Shown in pieces: positions 43,494 through 55,957 of a DNA stretch of 64,000 nucleotides. The DNA is taken from the NCBI RefSeq assembly GCF_000150275.1, contig NW_002060945.1, positions 7,330,939 through 7,394,938 on the forward strand, read 5' to 3'. Within the stretch, counting starts at the first letter, position 1. Every line of letters begins with the position of its first letter. The notes under the pieces are model-generated. The model did not search any database and was not told the origin of the DNA. It saw nothing but the letters and a program-made list of their open reading frames with translations. The DNA is from Trichoplax adhaerens (taxonomy: Eukaryota > Animalia > Placozoa). The position numbers and the translations under genes were made by a program.

Positions 43494-44758
43494 GCAACGA
43501 AGGTTTTCCATGAATTCAGGAGATGATATTAATAAACTGTTTATTCAAGAAATATTCTCTTTAAGATAATTTCAATATTACTTTTCATATTGCCAAAAAT
43601 TAGTATAAAATTGAAAAGGTGATGCCATTAAAATGAAATCTACTACTGTATAAAAGTTATCTCAATGCAAGATATTGATACACACACTAAATTTAGTCAG
43701 TAATATAAAAGTCAATTAGTTTGTTGTTTGCTATTTGGGGTAACTATGTGATTGTTTAGACTGCTGGAAAGTTGTAAATACGCATTATTTGTTATTTTGT
43801 AGTTGTTATAACTATAGACCAAGCGTGATAAAGAATCATTTCCACATTTGTAAATACTCTATGTGGATTTTTGTATTCGTGTAAAAAAAGTATGCATCAT
43901 TTGTACGTACGCTCATGTGTTGTACTGTATATATAGATTAGACAATGTTTATAATTGTGGCGTACCAGGTAAAATAATTTAATGACGTCTTCTCTTCCTT
44001 CGAATGGTTGCTTGTGCTATGTTTATCCGATATGTCGGTAGACAAGCATCTATAAAATAGTCTTTTAATTAAGCAATGGCTACATCAAGGAGAATGTTTA
44101 AAATTTTTTTATATTAATGCATTCATTGTGTATTGTATCAATACGATATCATCTTAACATCAGTTCAACATACTGTATTTCCTCATCATCATCATTATCA
44201 TGGCAATAAAGCTATGCTATTAAAAAAGAATTTGATTGATTTTTGATTTTAGAATTGCAAGTAAAGTTTAAGAGGAAATTGGGTTGTTGTATATTGCTAA
44301 GATGAGTAACATAGGGTATACTTTTATATTTTAACATTAGTCCATTATTTTTATAATCACCATTTTAAATAAATAGCACACGCCACTTGCATCTATATTG
44401 TATAATTAACAATCAATATCGCACTAATAATACAACGTTATATGCTATTTATTGTCCGAGAATTGAATTAGAAAGTCGGATAAATGCTTTCGGTAATATC
44501 AATGAAGATCAAAACTGTTAGCCATGTTATTCAATTTTTATCCAAGTATGATTGACGATTTCAAGAATAAATTTTATACATACATTAATCGCCAATGTTG
44601 AAAATTGTTGATACAGAGAATTGAGTTCTCAAAGATTAAGATAGTTAGTAGATTGAATCGTGTTGACTCATTCACTGGTAATCATGATTGGATATTTTTC
44701 CTTCAAGTGAGTCAAAATGAATTTCACTACGTGACAATAAGACAGCTGGCATGGCTTG

Positions 44759-47700
44759 CTAGTTGAAGTAGCCACCATCATCGGATTCATTCCATTCCGA
44801 TTCTGCACTACTATTTTCGCCATCGTCTTCATCAGAGCTAACTTGTAGCCATTGGCGACGTTTCAAGAGACCCTCGACATCTTTACCAAATATGCCCGTT
44901 GGTCTCCTTTCTCTCTTTTCTGGCCCTTCATCTTGCACTTTACGCAGTTTCTTGCTTCTAATGGCTCTTAGTAGGTCAGAGCCTTCAGATGCTATTTTTG
45001 GCTGTTGTACTTTTGCTGCAAGCGCAGAGGATTCATCAAAGTTAGGCGTAACTTGAGCAATCATTGATTCAGGTGGAGGTGGAGGCAGCGTCGGTTGAGG
45101 AATATCGTGTAAATCATCCGTGTCTGCCTTTGACGATTGAAGGGCAAAATGAACTTGTACATTTTCTTCCTCTTGATTTATTATCGACTGATCTGGGATA
45201 GGTGAGGGATAAGGAGGAAGTGATAACGTTGAGTGAAGATGACTATTGACTGGCGGTTCAGCTATTTCTTGTACATTATTTGCAAAATTGACACTAGTAG
45301 ATTGTGCAGTAACGTTGCTTGTATTATTTATTATCCGGTTGGTATTTTGTGGTTGTTGATTTACTTGTTGATCAGCCAATCTCTGATGTTGATTATATTC
45401 AAATTGATCCTCAAGATCATCAAGAGAAAATGGCTGTGGTGGTGGCGGCAGCACAGGCGATCGAGGAGTGGGTATATCATCATCATCATCATCATCATCA
45501 TCCTCCTCTTCTACTTCATGACTTGGTGTATGAAAGTAATGAATACTGTGGTGTTCTGCTATCACTACACTTTGATCTCCACTTTTCTTTTCAGTATTTT
45601 GATTTTCTAATTCGTCATCGTCCTCATAACGACTCGGTTCAATAGGTGTTGTCGGCGCTACAGTGACAGGAGGCTGCTTAACATATTCGACATCACCAAA
45701 TTCGACTCCTTGTGCATTGTAAACTTTCTTTTCTATCTGGGTAATTTTTTTCTCACGACGATTTCGTTTTTTATCGCGTTGCGCTTTCTAAAGAGATAAG
45801 TAAAGGAAAAGAAAAGAAATTGACTATGGAATAACTCACTGTATGCTATAATTTATAGGCTATTTAAACAACGATACAATTGGTTTGAAGTCCTTGGTGA
45901 AAATCGCTCCATTCCATCGTTTTTTAAAGGGATAAATATTATTCCCCTGCTAACTCTTCATTTTGCCATTATAGTAAAATAGGCACATTTACTACTACAA
46001 GTACAATACAGTACTGTGCTGTAGGATAAGTTACATCACAGAATAATCACATCGCAATTCTATTCCATTGCTGTACTATCGGGCTAGTAAGATTGAGCAG
46101 TCATATTGAATGGAAAACTGGAATTTTAGATTGACTGACATTATAGTAAACTACACGTATTCTCAATAGGATATATCAATTGAATGGAGAATAATATTAT
46201 TGCAATGTGTAGACTATTACAATATTGGCTAGTAAGACTAATGATGAGATTGAGCAGCCCTAGTGAAAATGAATTTGTATGACAGATAGTACTGTATAAT
46301 CCACGAAGATAATGTCATTAACCAGTCAGTGATGAGCTGATCTATCCTACGCTATCCTTGATTGTAAGTTTGTATACCTGTCGTTTTTGAGTTTCTTCTA
46401 CAACAGATTTAGCCCAAAGGTCGAAAAAGTACTGCGGATCGGTATAAAATTTCATGGCATCTTTGTTGTCGTCTCGATAAGCATTCATTAACCTCAAATT
46501 TGGGGGTCTTTTAGAATCATCGTAGATTTTAAGTAAAGCAGTAGGAAGATTGGAACGTGATAGGACTTGTTGTTCCGAAGTATACGTACTTTTGAAAGGT
46601 TTTCTCATATTAGCACTTGCTAAAGCAACTAAAAGATGAAAAATATAGATCGAATTGAAGTGAAGAATGAGTCTTGATAGATAGTTTACGCATGATAATG
46701 ACATTGCTACTGTATGTGTTGATCAAGAAGGCATTGAAGACAACTTGATGACTCTCTATTTGACTAATACTACACTTTTTCTTTTCTTCCGTACTGTCCA
46801 TTCTATACCTGTAGGATAGACTGTCTTGTATTATCAATCCATTCCTCTATCGACAGTAAGACTACTTGATGACTGTCCATTTGACTCCTAACTTACTTTT
46901 TTTTTTTTCCGTACTGTCCATTCTACACCTGTAGGATAGACTGTCTTGTATTATCAATCTATTCCTCTATCAACAGTAAGACTACTTGATGACTGTCCAT
47001 TCTACACCTGTAGGATAGACGATCTTGCATGATCAATCTATTCCTCTATCGACAGTAAGACTACTTGATGACTGTCCATTTGACTCCTAACTTACTTTTT
47101 CTTTTTTCCGTACTGTCCATTCTACACCTGTAGGATAGACTGTCTTGTATTATCAATCTATTCCTCTATCAACAGTAAGACTACTTGATGACTGTCCATT
47201 CTACACCTGTAGGATAGACGATCTTGCATGATCAATCTATTCCTCTATCGACAGTAAGACTACTTGATGACTGTCCATTTGACTCCTAATTCGCTTTTTC
47301 TTTTTTTCCGTACTGTCCATTGTATACCTGTAGGATAGACTGTCTTGTATTGTAATTATCAATCCATTCCTCTATGGACAGTAAGACTACTTGATGACTC
47401 CATTTGACTCCTAAATTACTTTTTCTTTTTTCCGTACCGTCCATTCTACAACTGTAGGATAGACTGTCTTGTATTGTAATTATCAATCCAATCCTCTATC
47501 GACAGTAAGACTACTTGATACAGTAGCAATATCGTGATTAGAATCAAGGTAAAGTTGAATACGATGACTATCATGCTGTTGTATGGTGGATGAAAAAGGT
47601 GATCAGAGATGATGATTGATCCTACCTTGCTCTTCATTGGGATCTAACGATTCGACCACCACAGTTAACTTATCCACACGCGCTTTCAATGTCGACGTTC

Positions 47701-47893
47701 GTTCAAAGATCGTTTCCGCTTCTTTGGATAACTCGGAGAAAAGCTCTTCGGTATGATGTGCTAGACTACTTAGTTGTTGTAATACACCTACTAAGCTATT
47801 AAATGAAACTCCTTCTAATTCATCGCGAATACTTCGGTCCAATTTGCGCCGACTAACATAAGAAGGGCCAACAGCGCGGACAATTAACGGCAT
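44759..47893 (-). CDS. WASF: WAVE/SCAR actin nucleation-promoting factor (WASF family), 3 coding exons
   Basis: SCAR-homology domain MPL..R...ELEGVSFNSLVGVLQQLSSLAHHTEELFSEL and YRDDNKDAMKFYTDPQYFFDLW, followed by a basic region and polyproline tracts. The VCA reads SDLLRAIRSKKLRKV / DVEGLLKRR / ESEWNE. Confidence 0.95.
46740..47519. repeat. Compound tandem repeat (~120-bp and 79-bp units, 7 units) in WAVE intron 1
   Basis: GACTACTTGAT starts at ~46860, 46980, 47059, 47179, 47258, 47384 and 47509, with a degenerate copy at ~46740. The order is long, long, short, long, short, long, long. Confidence 0.93.
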
Positions 47894-48495
47894 GATGAGC
47901 GCACACACAGTCAAACTCTCGATCTCGTCAAGTCAATAAGCAGTCTAATCGATCGGATAATGTCCAATAATAACCCACACTTTGTCAATAGGAATATCAG
48001 CGATTAATTTCAGTGGTAGAGAGTAAAGTAAAGATGAGTTTAAACTCAATTTGCAGTGGATTGCAGTTGATTCCTTGCTAGCAAATGGAGCAAAACTGCA
48101 GGCCCCCCTCGACCAACTCGGATCTCCTTTCTGGCTTGGTGTGCCGTAGGCTACTCACTCAGTTACTTGGACTGTACAGTGTACAGTCCAGTAGGATAGA
48201 ATATACTGTAGACTCTACAGTGTAGACTGTAGGGGAAATGGACAGACGGCAGCAGTGACTAGAGCTGAGAAAGGTTCGCTTCGGTTCAAATCGTTACGAT
48301 CTAGATGCCGCAGGCATACTGTTGATTGGCGTTTTATACCTGAACCATACACTATACTATCGAAAACCAACTTGGTGATTGATACTAAAGCTAAACAAGA
48401 CCTGGACGAAACACGCTTGGACGGACAGACACGTTGGGCCTTCTGTGGTCAAACTATCACAGACTGTCATTACGTACTGTACGTACTACAGTCGA

Positions 48496-49151
48496 CGTAT
48501 TCTCCTGCAGGTCAGTTCAATGACCTGACACACACACACAGTACGTACTGTACAGTACTACAATCGAGTTCGTTCGTATTCTCCTGCAGGTCAGTTCAAT
48601 GACCTGACACACACACACAGTACGTACTGTACTGTACTACAATCGAGTTCGCTCGTATTCTCCTGCAAGGTCAGTTCAATGACCTGACACACACACACAG
48701 TACGTACTGTACGACAGCACGGACGAGTTCGCTCGTAGTCTCCCCCACGTCAGTTCAATGACCTGACACACACACACAGTACGTACTGTACGACAGCACG
48801 GACGAGTTCGCTCGTAGTCTCCCCCACGTCAGTTCAATGACCTGACACACACACACAGTACGTACTGTACTACAGCACGGACGAGTTCGCTCGTATTCTC
48901 CTACAGGTCAGTTCAATGACCTGACACACACACAGTACGTACTGTACTATAGCACAGTCGAGTTCGTTCGTATTCTCCTGCAGGTCAGTTCAATGAACTG
49001 ACACACACACACAGTACGTACTGTACTACAGCACGGACGAGTTCGCTCGTAGTCTCCCCACGTCAGTTCAATGACCTGACACACACACACAGTACGTACT
49101 GTACTACAGCACGGACGAGTTCGCTCGTAGTCTCCCCCACGTCAGTTCAAT
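48496..49151. repeat. Tandem repeat, 77-80-bp unit x8+, in the WAVE/SLC25 divergent promoter region
   Basis: GTCAGTTCAATG starts at 48511, 48590, 48670, 48749, 48828, 48907, 48984, 49062 and 49141. Each full unit also has (AC)n and the palindrome ACAGTACGTACTGT. Confidence 0.96.
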
Positions 49152-49375
49152 GTGTCACACACACACATGATGGTTGTGTCACACACACACAGTGGTGTGA
49201 CACAACCATCCATGGCGTCCAGTCCTGTCCGGTAGCTTCTACTGAGTCGACGCAGTCGTCGAGGATTGAGCGTCTGCAGTCCGGCGGTAGCTGTCGGCTA
49301 CTGGAGTAAACTGGACAGGAAAAACTTTCTGACGTCCAAGTTATCATCATTGATCAACACTAAATTGAACCAACA

Positions 49376-52300
49376 ATGACCATATCGGAAACAATATCGG
49401 AAAGAATCTACAGGTAATACGTTGAATTCATCATTTTAAGCATGAGTAGATTGGCAAGGATGAACAGGTCAAGATCGATGTCAGTAGTAGTCTTGATTGG
49501 AGCTGGATGCAAGTTGAGGCGATCCTTCCAGATGCTACTTGCACTCCGTCTTTCTTGTCGCGTAATGCAGATGATTCTTCACTTTGTCTGGTACAAGTCA
49601 AAGTCCCTGCTTGCAAGAGCAATAAAATCGCCGGATAAAAAGATGAAATACAACAGAGTCCTTCGTCATCATGTTGTTGTAGCCAATGAAGGAAGGGCCT
49701 TGGGCTCTTTCTCTATTTCTTGGCGACATGCTAATCCATTTCATCAGGACTGAATGCATTGACCAGTGGTATGGGTGTCGTCAACAAAAGCGATTTATCC
49801 TTCTACAACCGTTGACATTCTATCCATCAAAATGGATAAAAGACGCTTCTCCTATTCGTCGACTTCAATCGTGCTCTACAGTCAGTGGATACAAGGGCAT
49901 AGGCATTCTATTGCAACTTTTGAATACAGCTAACCTTCTCACCCAATCAACTATGCCTCCATGATGTTGGAGAAGGATATCGATACGCGTCCATAACGAC
50001 AAATGGATCTTTCATTCTGCTACTCGATCTCATCCTGATCGTATTGACCTACAGTGCATGAATAGTCCAGTATACATTTGTTGTGTAAGTAAGTTATTCA
50101 TGACCGCCTGCCATTCTCCATCCAAACTGCCCCCCAAAATAGGATACCGTATTAAATCCATCCTGTACAACAGTCGGCACTCATTGCTCATTAAATTTAT
50201 AAAAATTCAAGGCGTTTCCTCGATTGCTACTGTAATCAATCGTCATATCAATCCAGGAATGATCACAATCGATCATCCACTCTATCACTTGCAATCCTAG
50301 TGGACTACTTTAGCCTTGAGTTATTGTGGCCAATACCTAGCTAGATTAAAGACTCCATCGATCCATTTTTTTTCCTCCTCTAATCAATTAAAAATGAATT
50401 CATGAATTAGGCCGTAATCCCGCCCACTATTGCTCTACTTTATTCTATTCATAGACAGTGGACCCCAATTTTTTACCTTAATTTGCTCTACTTCTACTTC
50501 ATCTATCCTATAAATGGATGATGAATAGACTACATTGTACGTAGCTAGAGACATACTGTAGATTGAAAGAAAATTGCAAGAATCAACCTTACTTTACGAT
50601 CATAATAGCCATGGCAATATCTTTGGTATGCACAACTTTGACACTTACTCTAATGTCATTAAAATGCACATTACCCTTTCATTAGTATTCATTCTGCCTA
50701 ACTTGCAAGTATACATCTCCTTTCTACTCTAGTATAACGTAAGGCACCCATTAAAATATCCATCTCTCTACTGTTGAATCAATATGAACAATTTCTCATC
50801 AAGATCATCCTGTAATACTGTCATCTCAATCAGGCTTTCTTAAACCCTTATTACAAACGTTTGGATAGCATCTGCAAAGTCATACTATCCAAGTCTATCG
50901 TCGACGACAACGATATCCTACCAATCATGGACATTATGTATCATCGTTTAAGCTATTTACGCTGAGTATCTGAGTAATCGGGGTTATTATGGCTGGGCCT
51001 AATGGACATCACTCAATAGGACAGTTATTGTCATTACTGTTTAAACTTTGCCAAAATCAAACAATAATGATACCTACATTAGCACATTATTATACATTGC
51101 TCGCTTTGATATGGATACAAGTTGATACTGGCATCGTTTGTTGTTAGCTGGATGAATACAGTAGCGATCATCAACCATGTACAACTAGATGAATGAATCA
51201 ATAAGCTATCAGACTAAATAAATCAATTAAAGAATCGATCATGTTTTTCTTGAGCAGCTTTACGCCTCGATTCTTGAATGGAGCTATCGCTGGTACTGTG
51301 GCAGTTACTTGTACTTATCCGCTGGATTTAGTCAAGACACGAATGCAAGAGCAGCGATCTCATAGTCAACGCATGTATCGCAACATGTAAGTGCCACCAT
51401 TGCTTGTTAAACAAATACCTTCTAATCAATATCTACGCGTAAAATCCATTACTTTTACTCTCTTCTCAACCTACAATACAGTACTGTATATCAGCAAGAG
51501 ATGAAGGATGACGATTAACTAGAAGAGACTTGCATATAAATTCCAATCCAGTGGTTGCCTTGTTGAAATCTATTTCAGATGGATGCAAGCTAGCGCTAGT
51601 TTATCCTACGCTACAATGACTCTACTGTATATAATCTATCGCCACCTTTTTTTTTATAAACTTTTCACTTTCAATTACTCATTACTCGCCAGTCCATGCT
51701 CCGCTGGACTTGAGCGACTATTTGAAGCGACCTCATTGCAAGCTTTGCAATCAGATTCTTCGCTGTTGCACCACATAGTAGTGATCATGTAAATATCGAA
51801 AATAATTTACAAACACTTCCGATTCTCTACCACTACTTTAATAGCGTATTGTTTGATTACATTTTATTGGCGACATACTATACTGATGGAAATAGATGGC
51901 CAGAACCGAATACAAGTACATTAGATCTTGTATTGCAGTCACTTGTTCCATATAGCTTATTTACTTTATTCACGATACCCATTTATGTTTTAATCGTCAA
52001 AGTTTAGATTCAGGCATTGCAATTAGTCTTAATGCCATTATATCACATAAAATGCGGTCACTTGAAAAGCTACAATAATCAATTAATAGAATCCATGGCC
52101 ATAGCCTTTCTACTGTACTATATACACGTATGCCTACTTTTCTCAATTTTTAGTGATGAGAATGAGTATTATTTTGATATTGAAAGTACAGTTCATCATC
52201 ATTTTAATCCATAATTAGACAAGCTGTATGACACGACTTTTCAGTTTAAGCGCCTAATAAAAGATGCTCGTAAGAATCACCAATAAAAACTTACTGACAT

Positions 52301-55126
52301 ACAGTACTTGATATTGAGTCACTGGGCGACGCATATCTCTGAATTATACGCAATGATTGCAATTACGCTGAAACCATGCAACTAATTGCATTTCTTTAAT
52401 TGAATTCATTTTACACTCGTTGATCGGAGCAATTTTCAAATTCATACAGTAGCAGTAATCTTGCCTACCAGTAAATCAATAATAATTTGTTGTCGTTGGC
52501 TCTTGAATACTTTAAGGCTTGATTGCTTCATAAAAGTCGGTAGGAGCGAGGGATTCCGTGGGCTGTATAAAGGTAGGAAAGCATAAACTATACCCTGTCG
52601 ATTTTTCTTGTATCAAACTATTTTATTTCTTGTTATGCATTTGAAGAGTATGTTTCCTATCTAGATGAAGGATGATACTTTTTTGGTAGTATAGTTGACG
52701 ACGTATCCCAACTATGGTGTTGTGACGATACAGTTAATGAGTTATGCTTTCGTGCTGTTGCTAATCAGAATTGAAAAACATGTAGTGTAAATTAGGTGCT
52801 TACGATGACACGTTTTTAATCAGCTGGAAAGCTAGAGCATACTAGATAAATGATTATCCAAACAGTTTTGTGATTAACTAAAAAGAAGAGTAATTTGCCG
52901 ATAGTAACCAACAATTAGAGTATACCTATAAAATGTCTTATCTGTCTATCTCCAAGTTAAAAATCTGAATGATAACAACGCGTATTAGTTGAATGACAGC
53001 ATCTCAATTAATTAATACATATTATGCGAATTGGCATCATCCAATTTAGGTTAAGCTTTGAAAATGCAAAAGTAGTACTGTAGTACTTGCCAAAAGAAAC
53101 TAATATCAGTGTAAATCCATTATATCATATTTAGGTTATGCGGTAAATATTGTTTTAATCAACCCTGAAAAAGCAGTTAAATTAGCTGTGAATGATGAAC
53201 TTCGCCACATATTTAAAGGAAATCGGTAAAAGCTGTTTACTATCTGAAGATTATAGCTTCATCTTAACTATAACTCGGCAGTACTCTACTGCTATGGACT
53301 GTAAGATAGATGATTTGAAGTACAGTAGTTTATCAATTCGGAATTAAAGCTTCTTACTTACATTAGACGTCTTTCCATTTCCGGGATAATAGGAAAACTA
53401 TACCTATTGCAGCGGAAATGGCAGCAGGAGCTGGTGCTGGATTCTGTCAGGTATAACAGCGAAAAAGTACTTTTACGTTGGGCTATTGGTGCACTATGTA
53501 ATTTGTGAAGGCTCTAGAGTCTAGACTGATCAATCAATCTAACATGAAAGTTATAAAATAGTATTATTATTATTATAGAGTCTTTCTACGTAATAACTGC
53601 ATTTCTTAAATGTATAGGTTATCATAACGTGTCCCATGGAATTTCTAAAAATACACATGCAAATGGCAGGCAAAGCTGTAGCTCAGCCAGGTTCGCAGTT
53701 GTTTAACTATCTGTCATCAAACAGTTTGATAACGTTGATTCAGTTAATTTGTGTGCATTTGGAAGATGTATTGCTGCTATCTTGTTCTATACACCATCTT
53801 CTCATGCGTTTAGAGTTGGATACCTGCTACCCGTTTTACACATGAATTTCTTTGAGTAATGCCTGTTTTAATAAGTACTCTATATACACGTAGGCGGTGT
53901 AGAAGGGAAAACCGCTGCTGCATTTGCCGATAGCAAGAGGCCTTCAGCTTTAAAATTTGCAATTGGAGAGTTACGAAATAAAGGCATCAGCGGAATTTAT
54001 CGTGGCCTTGGGGCTACCTGGATGAGGTACATACTTCGAGTTGCTACATAGACATTCAAGAGTTTTGGTGATAATATTATTGATCCGGGAATCACTAATT
54101 TTTTCTTTTGTTAATACGTATAGAGATATACCGTTTTCTTTAATTTATTTTCCAGCATTTGCTCACTTCAATAAGATGGTAAAGTTGCTGTATTTTGCTC
54201 TGACTATTACCTACTATAGCATTAGCAGGGTGTTAATTATGGTTTTACAAATACAACAGTCGTAGTAAGGATCAATGCATTTTTACTTGCAGGGAACTCG
54301 TGAAAATGGAAAGGTACCATGGCAACACTCGATTTTAGCTGGCTGTCTTGCAGGTACTATGCTTGCTAGTTGTTTAGTTATGTTGTGTGCGATTATGCGG
54401 CGATAACGCTATGAACTACTTTTTTATTTCAGGTTCTATTGCTACAGTTTCTGTAAATCCTTGCGATGGTAAGTCTGCTATACGTATCGTTGCGCCCTTG
54501 GCTATTTTCTGAACCTATAGTATCTTTATAATCGTTTCAGCAGTAGTACTTGGCGTTTATTATTTTTAACTTTAAAGTAGATGAGTTAATGGAATATTTT
54601 ATAAAATGAACTAACTAATGCTATAAAAATATCTGCAGTTATAAAAACTAGGCTGCAAGCTCTCGATAAAGATACAGGGAAAGCTAGATATAGTGGCATA
54701 GTTGACTGTGTCAGGTACTATAAGGAATTTTCAATCATAAAGAAGTCTAATTTCCATTTCAGGTTTCATAGGATATTGTTTGATTTAAATCCTAATACCT
54801 TGATATTCTTAATTTAGGACAACTTTCAAGCAAGAAGGAATTAGTACGTACAATGAACTATTTTAGTATAGCCTAAGATGATGTCTAATCTTACTTGAGT
54901 AGTTTTAATATATCTGTACATATGCAACGCGGTAACTCGATAAATCATATATCCTGCCACTGTCAAGTTATTAACAATACTTTTTCTTGGTACCGTAGCT
55001 GCATTTTTCAAAGGATGCACACCAAGAATAATTGTCATCTCTCCTCTCTTTGGAATAGCGAATACTGTATATTTGCTTGGAGTAGCTGAACGGCTGCTCG
55101 GTAGGGATTACGTCCCTCCAGTTTAA
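49376..55126 (+). CDS. SLC25A22: Mitochondrial glutamate carrier (SLC25A18/SLC25A22 family), multi-exon
   Basis: Three carrier signatures: [16 protein letters not shown] and PCDVIKTR. Glutamate-carrier-like motifs are [33 protein letters not shown] and [11 protein letters not shown] 49376 joins the exon at ~51258 in phase. Stop TAA is at 55124-55126. Confidence 0.9.
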
Positions 55127-55957
55127 GTGACAAGAATCCTTATAATTTTGGTCGATAGGACGGTCCTTAAGCTTATGAAGGAAATGATTAGACAATGAAA
55201 CATTCTTAAAGATTTATGTTATATTACGGTACAACCTCTGTTTTGATTCTCGATCAATCAGTTAAGCCAACTTCATTTTAATAATTTTTTAATTGCTATC
55301 GTAATTCTATCTGTTGTAATTTATTTTATTTTATTAATTGTCTTTGCTTCCTTATTTATGGAGATATAAATGGCTCGCATTACAAATAGTATTTTAGCAA
55401 CATTATGACTACTATATGATTTATGTAATGCGTCTGTTTAAGGAATAAGCAAGCACAAAATCTACAATAAATTGAATACATTTTACTGTAAACTGTGATT
55501 TAACAGGTACGTACTTTTTATTATAATTAGCCGTATTTTTCTAGAAACTAAAAATCTCAATCAAGTAGTTACGAAATATTATATTACATAGGATTGCAGA
55601 AAAGAGTGTCATCAGCAGTTACTTTGTAAGCGTCAACGAATTGAAACATAGGATCAAAGTACTTCAATGTACCCCTTTTTTAATTGTTATGCAGGAAAGT
55701 TAGCAATACTGTAGATAAAGTACTACAATCTCAGGAATGTTTAGTAGCGCAATCTCTATGACAAACTATGACCATAATAAAATAGTTACAATAATAAACA
55801 ATATTTCCAACATCTAATGTAACTTAGATTTATACAGAAACGTTATCTCATTAGATTGGACATGTCTGACTTAACTAGCATCAAAAGTAATACGCTTTCT
55901 ATATTAGAAATTAGGTGGAAATGATACAGTACAAGATGCGCAAAGTATAGACATTGG

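Noticed and set aside
45233-45645. Plus-strand ORFs with poly-His or poly-Ile runs
   Set aside because: They are antisense shadows of the WAVE poly-Asp codons.
48496-49151. CRISPR-like appearance of regularly spaced palindromic repeats (also 28976-29752)
   Set aside because: The intervening sequences are themselves repeated rather than unique spacers, the context is eukaryotic, and there are no cas genes.
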